From NCBI GenBank assembly GCA_024276455.1, contig JAJRXE010000159.1, positions 1-36,734 on the forward strand: a stretch of 36,734 nucleotides of DNA, in the 5' to 3' direction. Source of the DNA: Calditrichota bacterium. GTDB taxonomy: Bacteria > Calditrichota > Calditrichia > RBG-13-44-9. Position numbers and translations under genes: made by a program. The notes beneath the pieces were generated by a model. The model was not told the DNA's origin and did no database searches. It saw nothing but the letters and a program-made list of their open reading frames with translations. Of this stretch, positions 8,042 to 15,986 are shown piece after piece. How positions within the stretch are numbered: the first letter of the stretch is position 1; the number at the start of each line of letters is the position of its first letter.

Positions 8042-8458
8042 TTACACCAATCGCACATCAACTTCGAGCCGCTCGTCTTCCAGAACCAGCTGCTCGCCGT
8101 ATTGTAGAGAATAATCAATGAGAATGGGGCCTTTTAGGTTCGCTGTTACGCTTCCCTGCGAGGAATCTATTTTTACAATGGCTAATATTTCGATTTCGGC
8201 GTCTTTTCGAATTTTATTTTGCAAATGTTTTAATAGCAAATCCTGCAAATCATCTCCCACATTATGGATGGGATCAATTACCGGTAAGTGTAATTGGGGA
8301 TCTTCAACCGAAATCAACCAGGAAAACGGTTGAAAATCCTGATGTTTCAATACATAAAATTTTTTAAACTTTTCGAAACCAATAATGCCTTTAGGGAAAT
8401 AAATAATCTCATTCTCGGGAATCTCTAACTCACCAAATTCTTCCGTCACTAACCTCAT
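8042..8458 (-). CDS. fliW: Flagellar assembly factor FliW
   Basis: 138 aa, with the family pattern FPKGIIGFEKFKKFYVLKHQDFQPFSWLISVEDPQLHLPVIDP. A strong SD (AAAGGAG) lies 7 nt upstream of the ATG. Confidence 0.85.
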   Translation of the reverse strand: MRLVTEEFGELEIPENEIIYFPKGIIGFEKFKKFYVLKHQDFQPFSWLISVEDPQLHLPVIDPIHNVGDDLQDLLLKHLQNKIRKDAEIEILAIVKIDSSQGSVTANLKGPILIDYSLQYGEQLVLEDERLEVDVRLV

Positions 8459-8737
8459 TTAATGCTCCTTTTTCAGTTCAAACAATTAACAAGCAATTAT
8501 AGTGCCATTGGGACGGATTCCCGAGATTTCTTACTAAGCGCTTAATTATACTAATTTTACAAAGATGCCGTGTGATCCACACCGCTTTCCCGGGAGATGA
8601 GTTTTCAAACAGTCTGCTTATTTTTTCAACAGGCCGTTGAAAACCGCAGAAGGAAATGGCGAAAAGTTTGACAATGGATCCAGTAAAATGGGGAGCAACT
8701 GTCGGTAAATCAAACGGTTAGATTGAATCACCGTTGA

Positions 8738-10525
8738 TTAATCGAACAATGTCCAGTACACGCCCAGGCGGAAGGTGCGGAAAAATTCGGGGTAGCCGAT
8801 TACGATTTGGTAATCGGTGGAAAGCGTGTTCTCCCAGGCAAAGAAAATAGTGGCTCGCTTGATGTGCGCCAGCAATTTGAAATCCAATAAGTGGTAGTAA
8901 TTGGTCTCCTGATAAGTACGGACGTATTGATTCACCACCGGGTAATACTTCACTCCGCGCCATCGATTAATCAGGTGGTAAATAGCCACCCCCCGCAACA
9001 GGAGGGCCCGATTGAACATCGGAAGATCCAGGGTGAGTTTTAAAATGTTATTCACGCGGGGCGTAAAACTCTGCTGATAATTGGTGCTAAAAAGCAACTC
9101 TTCATCCAGATAAAATTTCCAGAAAGAAAGGAGTAATTTCCCGGCCAGCCCGGTATTTTCCACCAACCTCTGGTAAAAGCTGGTGCTGGCATCTTCGTAC
9201 AACCAGTAATTCCAGAAGCGGTAATAAAATGGGGTTAATTCCACCCGGAAACGGGAATTCACCTGCATGGCGAGAGACATCTCAATCCCCTGCCTTAACG
9301 GGAGGGAAGGATTTTGTAAACGTCGGGCAATCCGGTCTTCCCTCCAGAAAATCACTGCCAGTGGTAACGGATGCGGTTTTTGAACCAGACTGATTCCCAC
9401 CTCCCACAGCGGACTCCAACGGCTGCTTAACCTCATCCCAAAGGAGGGGGCACTTCCACCATATTGGTAGTTATGGAATCCGGCAAAAAGGTGCATTTGT
9501 CCCCATTTTCCCTGCCAGGCCAACTCACCCTGAATCTCCGCCTCCAGTGCAGACGCGGCGTAAAAAACATTGGATTTGGTAATCTGATGGCCAATCACAT
9601 TAGAAACAATCCGGTAATTCCAATGCCCTCTCCCCCGCTGAAAAGCGGCTTTAACACCGATGCTGTACATCTCACTTCTGCGTTCCCGATCGAGCACCTC
9701 CACCCGGTAATTCTCCCCCCACTTGTACAAATAAGGTAATACGGAAAACCGACTGAGCGTATCAGGGGTAACCATTAGGCGTCCCCACAGTAACTGTCCT
9801 ACCCGCTTCACTTTTCCCCGGTCTTCCAGCAAGTCCCAGCGCCCCAGCCGATAGCGATGGCGCAATTGCCAGTACCCCACATCCAGGCGGGTGCGTTTCG
9901 AGAACTCGTGGTGCAGGAAAGCGCGCAGGGTTTCCACATGAATGGAGGTGTAATCGGGATGGGGGCCATCTCGCAGAAAATTGTTTCCTCCCAGTCGGAA
10001 ATAGCTTCGGGCGGTGTAATGCTGAGCGAAATCGATGTCGAGTTGGGAGAGGTTGAACTGGTAATCCTGGGAATAAGCAATGCGGGTTACCGGCACTTTT
10101 TTTGTCCGAATCGGGGTTGGGCGGAATCGATAGGTCAAACATTCCGGGAAAAGTTGTCGGGCGCGCACAATCTCAATCGGCACCACCTGATCGTCCCAGT
10201 ACCCCCAGAGGGCGTACCGCAGCGGCAGATCGCGAAACTGGTAATCCAGAAATCCCGGAGGCATGCCCCGGTAGGTGTTGGCGCTCGGGCGTCCTTTTTC
10301 CGCCAGGTAGAGGGGAAAGAAATCCGCGCTGTACTGGTGCAACTCCTCTAGCGTCAATTCACAAATAGCCTGGGAGTCGGCGGTCGCATAGGGGATTGAG
10401 GGGGCTTCCTGAGCGAAAAGGAACCAGCGAGGGCCCAGAGCCACCATAATTGCAATCCCCAGCCAGGTGGCGACAATTAACCGAGTGTCCGTGTGTTGGG
10501 AGCTTCGTTGAACCGTTTCCCTCAC
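8738..10525 (-). CDS. Hypothetical large outer-membrane beta-barrel (porin-like) protein
   Basis: 595 aa with an N-terminal hydrophobic signal/anchor (IVATWLGIAIMVALGPRWFLFAQEA). It is very rich in W/Y/R/F and has amphipathic strand patterns throughout, with a barrel-like terminal strand FRTFRLGVYWTLFD. I did not recognise a plug domain or any catalytic motif. Confidence 0.6.
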   Translation of the reverse strand: MRETVQRSSQHTDTRLIVATWLGIAIMVALGPRWFLFAQEAPSIPYATADSQAICELTLEELHQYSADFFPLYLAEKGRPSANTYRGMPPGFLDYQFRDLPLRYALWGYWDDQVVPIEIVRARQLFPECLTYRFRPTPIRTKKVPVTRIAYSQDYQFNLSQLDIDFAQHYTARSYFRLGGNNFLRDGPHPDYTSIHVETLRAFLHHEFSKRTRLDVGYWQLRHRYRLGRWDLLEDRGKVKRVGQLLWGRLMVTPDTLSRFSVLPYLYKWGENYRVEVLDRERRSEMYSIGVKAAFQRGRGHWNYRIVSNVIGHQITKSNVFYAASALEAEIQGELAWQGKWGQMHLFAGFHNYQYGGSAPSFGMRLSSRWSPLWEVGISLVQKPHPLPLAVIFWREDRIARRLQNPSLPLRQGIEMSLAMQVNSRFRVELTPFYYRFWNYWLYEDASTSFYQRLVENTGLAGKLLLSFWKFYLDEELLFSTNYQQSFTPRVNNILKLTLDLPMFNRALLLRGVAIYHLINRWRGVKYYPVVNQYVRTYQETNYYHLLDFKLLAHIKRATIFFAWENTLSTDYQIVIGYPEFFRTFRLGVYWTLFD

Positions 10526-10543
10526 CTGTAGATCCTTTTTCCT

Positions 10544-11086
10544 TTATTCGATGATGGTCGCAATCTGTTCGCGGGAGCGCCGGTGCGGTGCCTCGCTTTT
10601 TTCGGCCGGTTTGCCCACCGGAATCATGGCCACAGGACGCTCGTCCCAGGGCAAATCCAGGGCTTCGCTTACCTTGCGGTCGATGAAGGCGCCTACCCAG
10701 CAGGTGCCGTAACCCAGATCGGTGGCGGTGAGCAGCAGATTTTGAATGGCTGCGGCAGTGTCCTGGTACACGTACATTTCCCGCCCGCGGTTGCCGTAGT
10801 GGGCGGCAGAACGTTCCGGTTGGGCCGCCACCACAATTACCAGCGGCGCCTGCGCCAAAAACTCCTGTCCGTAGGCCGCCACCACCAGCTTGCGCTTCAC
10901 TTCCGGATTGGAGACCAGATAAAAATGCCAGGGTTGCAGGTTGCCGGCCGAGGGCGCCCAACGCATCACCTCGATGAATAAATCAACATGCTCCTGGGGA
11001 ATGGGATCCGGCAAATAGGCCCGGCAGGACCGGCGCTTCAAAATAACGTCAACCACTTTTGAGGTGGATGGTTTTTCCATTGTCAA
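10544..11086 (-). CDS. Nitroreductase-family FMN oxidoreductase
   Basis: Motif ILKRRSCRAYLPDPIPQEHVDLFIEVMRWAPSAGNLQPWHFYLV, plus the later GYGTCWVG. 180 aa. Confidence 0.9.
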   Translation of the reverse strand: MTMEKPSTSKVVDVILKRRSCRAYLPDPIPQEHVDLFIEVMRWAPSAGNLQPWHFYLVSNPEVKRKLVVAAYGQEFLAQAPLVIVVAAQPERSAAHYGNRGREMYVYQDTAAAIQNLLLTATDLGYGTCWVGAFIDRKVSEALDLPWDERPVAMIPVGKPAEKSEAPHRRSREQIATIIE

Positions 11087-11190
11087 TTCTCCTGTTTGGT
11101 ACCTGCCTCCAACTCGAATATCCTTATTAAGTTACGAGAAGGAACCGCCCTTGCAAAGCAATTTTTACCGTTTTACCCTGGAGGTTTTTC

Positions 11191-11590
11191 CCACGAATAC
11201 CACGAATTTTCACGAATAAGGCCATCAACGGTAAACAAAATGGACTAAAAAAGACCAATATTTTAATTAATTAAACATGATTCAAACAAATTAGAAACAT
11301 TTCTTTTAGGCAATTAAGATAGAATGTTCTTTTTCTAATAAGCCCACCCCTTTTTCCCTTCCTGACGGCAGGGAGGGGACAGAAGGAGGGTAAGTAATTT
11401 CCAGTTATCTCAGAAATAAGCTAATTTAAATTCTGCCAAATTTATTCAACCCAGCTTAAGCATAAATAATGGTGGATCCCTCCAGATAAATTAATTAAAA
11501 ATGTGATGATTAAAATTCAGCAAGATTTTTAGGCATATTATTTGGCTTTAATCAATTGTTTTTATTGGTGTTATTCGTGTAATTCGTGGT
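11191..11590. repeat. AT-rich 400-bp intergenic element bounded by inverted arrays of the heptamer CACGAAT (MITE-like element or operator array)
   Basis: Three direct CACGAAT copies lie at 11192, 11201 and 11211 (9-10 bp phasing). Two inverted copies (ATTCGTG) lie at 11573 and 11582. Left arm CCACGAATTTTCACGAATAAGG versus the reverse complement of the right arm, CCACGAATTA-CACGAATAACA. No ORF of 60 aa or more lies inside. An internal 9-10 bp hairpin sits at 11356-11377. Confidence 0.5.
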
Positions 11591-11596
11591 TAAACA

Positions 11597-12868
11597 TTAA
11601 ACCAGGTCCATGATGGACCCGAAGTCCGGATCGAAGAGACGCTTGTAGGTGCGCAGGGCGAACCCGTCCGTCATGCCGGCCAGGTGGTCGCACACCAGCC
11701 GCATCTTACTCGCCTCATCTTTCTCCGCCGCCAGCGCCTGTCCCAGGTGCTCGGGCAAGAGGCTTAATTTTTTCTGGCCGTCCCGCAGGTAATTGTCCCG
11801 GTAGGCTCGAAAGAGCCGCTCCAGCACAAAGTTGCCCTTGTACTCAATCTGGTGCAGTTCCGGCGTTCGAAACACCAGCTCCACCGCCAGCTTTTTGTAA
11901 AAATTTGCTTCCTGCCGGATTTCAGGCTCAATCTCCAGTTGAAAGCGGTAGCGGTTGGTGAGGTCGGAGAGAAAAGTCTCCCGCTCTTTCAACCGGCAGG
12001 CCTGAATAAACGCGCCAATTTTGCGAGCGAAGGCACGCTCCACATTCCCGGAACGCAGGTCCTGCAGCAGAGCGTCCAGCAGTTGCGCTTCGCGCCCCTG
12101 CAAACTGTGCCGCTCTCCCCACTTCACCAATCGCAGCTCATTAATAAATCCGGCGTGAATGCCGTCCACCACATCATCCAGGGAATAGGCGGTGTCGTCC
12201 GCCCAATCCATGATCTGGCACTCGATGCTGCGAAAACCGTTCAGGGCTTTGGGATTGTTCAGGGAGGCGGGAATTTCCCGTTCCGCGAAGACGAATTGCC
12301 GGTAACGCGCTTGCTGATCGTAAATGAAATGGTTCTCGGGGTCGTCCAGCTCCCCGAAAAGCGTCTTGTATTTCAGCACCCCATCCACCAGCGCCCGGGT
12401 GGGATTCATGCCCTTGCGAGAAGCTCCGTCCGGGTAAATAATTTCGGTCAGCACCCGCAGGGTTTGGGCGTTGCCCTCGAATCCCCCGAAATCGCGCATC
12501 AGGCGATTGAGGGTGTGTTCCCCGGCGTGTCCGAAGGGCGGATGCCCCAGATCGTGCGCCAGACAAACCGCTTCCACCAGATGAGGGTCGATGTAAAAAT
12601 CCTCGCCCAGGTGCGGGTCGGTTTTCTGCAAAAAATCGCAGATGGAGCGCCCGATTTGAGCCACCTCCAGGGAGTGGGTTAACCGGGTACGGTAAAAATC
12701 GTACTCGCCGGAGAGGAAAACCTGGGTCTTGGCCTGCAACCGCCGAAAGGCAGAGCTGTGAATAATGCGGTCGCGATCCACCTGAAAGGGATTGCGGTAA
12801 TCTCTCCCCTGCCGCGGCACCAGGCGTTCAAAATCGAATTCCGTGTAAAAGTTGTTTTCACCCATCAC
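11597..12868 (-). CDS. dgt: dGTP triphosphohydrolase-family HD-domain protein
   Basis: Motifs RTRLTHSLEVAQIGRSI and CLAHDLGHPPFGHAGE (HD domain), and the C-terminal DHLAGMTDGFA. 423 aa. Confidence 0.9.
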   Translation of the reverse strand: MMGENNFYTEFDFERLVPRQGRDYRNPFQVDRDRIIHSSAFRRLQAKTQVFLSGEYDFYRTRLTHSLEVAQIGRSICDFLQKTDPHLGEDFYIDPHLVEAVCLAHDLGHPPFGHAGEHTLNRLMRDFGGFEGNAQTLRVLTEIIYPDGASRKGMNPTRALVDGVLKYKTLFGELDDPENHFIYDQQARYRQFVFAEREIPASLNNPKALNGFRSIECQIMDWADDTAYSLDDVVDGIHAGFINELRLVKWGERHSLQGREAQLLDALLQDLRSGNVERAFARKIGAFIQACRLKERETFLSDLTNRYRFQLEIEPEIRQEANFYKKLAVELVFRTPELHQIEYKGNFVLERLFRAYRDNYLRDGQKKLSLLPEHLGQALAAEKDEASKMRLVCDHLAGMTDGFALRTYKRLFDPDFGSIMDLV

Positions 12869-12885
12869 AAAAACGCCAATTTTTT

Positions 12886-14667
12886 CTATTCTACGGACAA
12901 ATGCACCGGATGTTCAATTTTGCCAATCGGGTACAGATTAATGGTGCGATCCCAGTAAGGGGAACGGCGGTAAAAAAAGTAAAGCCGCTGCCGAGGATTT
13001 TTCGCGAAGGTGCTGTCGGTTTCCAGTTTGTGGCGAAACTCCTCCGCCAGGGCCGGATCTTGCTGCAGCATCTGGCGAGCCAGCCGTTCCAGCACCCGCA
13101 TTTCGGCGTATTCCTTCTGTTCGAAGATGGCGTCCAGGAAGCCCCAGCGCACGAAGGAGTCCGGCGCCCGGGGTTCCAGCAGGTGCACAATCACCCGGTT
13201 GGTACGCTAATTCAGAAACACCACCGCTGTACCGGCCGGGTAAAAACGCTGCTCCTGAATTCCCTCGCTTTCGAAACGCACCGGATGGCGTCCCTCGTAG
13301 GGATGCTCCCGCCAACGGACGTTTTTGAAGCGGTAGGATTTTACCAGCAGGGTGGTGTCCCGCTTGAGGCGGTGAATTTTCACCCGGTGCAGTGCCAGGC
13401 GGTCTAAAAGCACCTGCCATTCGCGGGGGATCAGGTAAACGGAGGGCACCTGCACCGAATCGATCGCCACACTGCGGTAAAAGAAGGGAATTCGGAACAG
13501 ACGGAGGCGATCCGGATGGTACACCAGCCAGTCGGAGCCGGAAATCTCGCTGGGAATCTTCTCGTAATCCACTCCTAAAAACTTGATGATAATACTGTCC
13601 CGAAAAGAAGTCCGAAAGTCCAGCGGTAAGTAATGACCGGGCAGTTCTTCGGCGGTTAAGCGATCCGATTCCCGAACCACCTGTTTAATCCGCTCGGCAT
13701 AACGGTTGGCTGCTTCCAAAAAGTGAATTAAAAAATGGTAGGTGGCGGTCACCCGGGTGTGGTAGTCCTTCAGCATGTGATTTTCCACCAGGTAAAAGGT
13801 GCGATTCTGTACCGCCCCGTAACCGTTCGAGAAGCGCGGCGAGGCAACCCAGTTGACCAATCCGCGCCGGAGGTCGTTTCGGTCCCGCAGCGCCACGTAA
13901 GGGCTCAGGGGGAAGCCGTCCTCTGCCATTTTCAGATTCAGAAAAGGCTGCAGCACCTTGCGGTTGAATTCCCGCAGCGGGGGCGCCACATTGTCCCCGG
14001 CTTCCAATCCGTAAGTCATTACATACTGGTAATCCGCCCCGTCGGTCACGTGAATGTCCATCAGCAAGTCCGGCAGGTAGCGGTTGAACATTCGCAGCCA
14101 GGCCTGCATTTCCGGACAATCGGCTTTCAGAAAATCGCGGTTCAGATTGAGATTCTGGGCGGTGACCCGCCAACCCATTTCCTCCGGTCCGTTCTGATTG
14201 ATCCGGTTGTAGGGACCAAAGCGCTCGTGCCCGTCCACGTTAAAAATGGGGATGAACAGCAGAATCACCCGGTCCAGCAGTTCCGGCATCCGGTGGTGAA
14301 TCGCCAGATCACGGACAAGCATCAGTCCGGCGTCCTTTCCGTCGATTTCGCCGGCATGAATCCCTGCCTGCACCAGCACCACCACCTTACCGGACTGGCG
14401 GATTTGCTCCGGGGTAAACTCACCGTCCTTGCTCACAATTACCAGTGGCAGGTCGCGGCCCTGGGGACTCACCCCGAAGCGGGTGTATTTAACCCAGGGA
14501 GAGGCCTGCGCCAGACGCTGGCAAAATTCCACCGTCTCCCGGTAGCGAGGGGTGCGTTTAAAATTGGACTTCTCGTAATAGGTTAACCAGGGATCTTCCT
14601 GCGATAGTAAAGAACCCAGCAGCACTAACAATAAAAACGCCCATCCACGAATCACGGTTGAGTGCAT
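12886..14667 (-). pseudogene. M14-family zinc carboxypeptidase interrupted by one in-frame TAG (13209-13207). The fragments are 13207-14667 (486 aa, catalytic domain) and 12886-13194 (102 aa, C-terminal domain)
   Basis: Signal peptide, Zn ligands GIHAGEIDG (HxxE) and DIHVTDG, and the substrate motif NLNRDF. Both fragments are in the same frame: ...AVVFLN-TAG-RTNRVIVHLLEPRAPDSFVRWGF... The small ORF therefore continues the large one without a frameshift. Confidence 0.7.
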
Positions 14668-14928
14668 GACGATTTACCTTCTCTTGAATAAAAATGATTC
14701 TACCCCATCTTTCCTATTTTAGAGAAAAATCCTTTTCACTCCAAATATTTTGTCATTTTCATTTCAACCACCGGATGATGGATGATCATTTCCGTCCTGA
14801 AATGCTTCGTTCGCTTACTTTCCCGATCATCATTTTTCGAAAATTGGTGTATTTCCCGGGAAAACCAATCGATTACATTTGTATTTGGATTTTGGAATTT
14901 TCTACCCTAAATTTGTCACCGCAAAAAT

Positions 14929-15000
14929 GCCCCCGTAGCTCAGTGGATAGAGCAGTGGCCTCCGGAGCCACGTGCGCAGGTTCGATTCCTGCCGGGGGTA
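14929..15000 (+). tRNA. tRNA-Arg (anticodon CCG)
   Basis: The cloverleaf was folded by hand. Acceptor GCCCCCG/CGGGGGT (G1-U72), D arm GCTC-AGTGGATA-GAGC, anticodon arm GTGGC-CTCCGGA-GCCAC (U33, CCG, G37), a 4-nt variable loop, T arm GCAGG-TTCGATT-CCTGC, discriminator A. CCA is not encoded. Confidence 0.9.
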
Positions 15001-15111
15001 CTCAAAAACCGATTTTAGGTCGTCGGGCGAAAAAGCGTTTGACAAAATCAGGTGTATTTATTAAATTAATCATTGGAAGTGGAAGAAAACAGGTAGAAGG
15101 AAGAAAATTCT

Positions 15112-15366
15112 ATGGCGCATCATAAGTCAGCTATTAAGCGAATAAGGGTTGCAGAACGGAACCGACAGCGAAACCGCTATTATCGTTCCACAATGCGAAC
15201 CATGATCAAGAAGGTTCGGAACGCCGAGACCAAGGAAGAGGCCTTGGAGCTGTACCAGAAGACGGTGTCTTTGCTGGACAAGCTGGTGGTGAAGGGAATC
15301 ATCCACCGAAACCAGGCCGCCAATAAGAAATCACGATTGTACAAATACGTGAGTTCATTGACTTAG
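15112..15366 (+). CDS. rpsT: 30S ribosomal protein S20
   Basis: MAHHKSAIKRIRVAERNRQRNRYYRSTMRTMIKKVR... is the canonical S20 N-terminus. 84 aa, ending in TAG. Confidence 0.95.
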   Translation: MAHHKSAIKRIRVAERNRQRNRYYRSTMRTMIKKVRNAETKEEALELYQKTVSLLDKLVVKGIIHRNQAANKKSRLYKYVSSLT

Positions 15367-15393
15367 TTATTAGCGTTCCCTCCTCAACCCGAA

Positions 15394-15446
15394 AGAAGCC
15401 GCACGACCCATCACACCTAACCTTCCGTGCGGCTTCTTTATTTTAT
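15394..15446 (+). terminator. Intrinsic terminator of rpsT
   Basis: A 12-bp stem AGAAGCCGCACG (15394-15405) / CGTGCGGCTTCT (15426-15437), followed by TTATTTTAT. Confidence 0.8.
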
Positions 15447-15714
15447 GTTCCAAATTTTTGCCTGCGAAAGACCCGAAAAAAACGCTAACAGAATTTCTTT
15501 CCCACCAATTTCACGAATGAATTCAGAATGAATCCAAAACAAATCGCCCTGTCACCCATTTGCCCCGGGGAATGCTGGTCAGAGACAAACAAATTTCCAA
15601 AAACCACCCGGGTGTAGACAACGCGGCTTTTGCTGCGTTGATCGACGGAGCAGAAGCTCCGTCGTCTACAAATTTCATTGCCCGCGAACCACGCGAAATT
15701 CCACAAAAAAATGG

Positions 15715-15890
15715 GATCAAAATAAAAATTGGGCGTCCCGGCAGGGACGCGGTGAGCATAGCCCTGGGGCTCGACCCGGGGAATAAGGAGAATCCCCCAA
15801 TCCATTGGAGTCCCGCAGGGACGACAGAAAAGAATTGCGCCGACGTGAAGCCCGTCTGGCTGGCGCACAGCCGGACAGGCCGGCGGCTAC
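15715..15890 (-). ncRNA. Candidate structured small RNA of unknown class (minus strand)
   Basis: A chain of GC-rich hairpins: 15870-15884 GCCGG/CCGGC; 15837-15866 GCGCC...GGCGC with inner GACG/CGTC; 15810-15822 GTCCC/GGGAC. On the minus strand the chain ends in a good terminator, GCGTCCC-TGCC-GGGACGC (15750-15733), followed by CCAATTTTTATTTT. There is no convincing ORF and I saw no motif of a known RNA family. The 5' boundary is a guess. Confidence 0.3.
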
Positions 15891-15986
15891 CAGGAAAAAT
15901 CCGGGAGGATTTTTCAATGACGTCCAGGGAAGAACGATTGACCATTGACCTAATGACTGAAAATCAGGGACGATTTTCAATAGGTT

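Noticed and set aside
8496-8550. Two minus-strand TATAAT hexamers (8501-8496 and 8550-8545) upstream of fliW, as possible sigma-70 -10 boxes.
   Set aside because: Neither has a convincing -35 element at 16-18 nt spacing, and TATAAT is expected by chance in AT-rich spacers. I did not report them as promoters.
11597-12868. The dGTPase as a phage-defence (dNTP-depletion) gene next to a possible mobile element.
   Set aside because: The sequence looks like the ordinary housekeeping Dgt-like family. The neighbours are core-metabolism and peptidase genes, with no other defence genes, integrase or compositional shift. The context gives no support for a defence island.
13207-13209. Genome-wide reassignment of TAG (or TAA at 21085-21087) to a sense codon, or pyrrolysine/selenocysteine-type recoding.
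   Set aside because: TAG terminates rpsT (15364-15366) and the M1 peptidase (17587-17585) at the expected protein ends. TAA terminates most other genes. No TGA is involved, no SECIS- or PYLIS-like context was recognised, and the only tRNA in the window is a normal tRNA-Arg(CCG).
14694-15125. 143-aa plus-strand ORF spanning the tRNA and the rpsT start.
   Set aside because: It reads straight through a cleanly folding tRNA-Arg(CCG) at 14929-15000 and into rpsT. Its composition is not protein-like.
15447-15986. Possibility that the structured region is RNase P RNA, tmRNA, SRP RNA, or a cobalamin, TPP or c-di-GMP riboswitch.
   Set aside because: I searched both strands by eye for the universal cores and found none. 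The motifs checked were GGAAAGUCCGGGC and ACAGAAnCCGGCUUA; a tRNA-like T-arm with a CCA-proximal acceptor and an ...AA-stop tag frame; GGAAGCAGCC; GCCACUG; and CUGAGA. In addition, no downstream gene on either strand could be regulated in cis. Only a covariance-model search can settle this.
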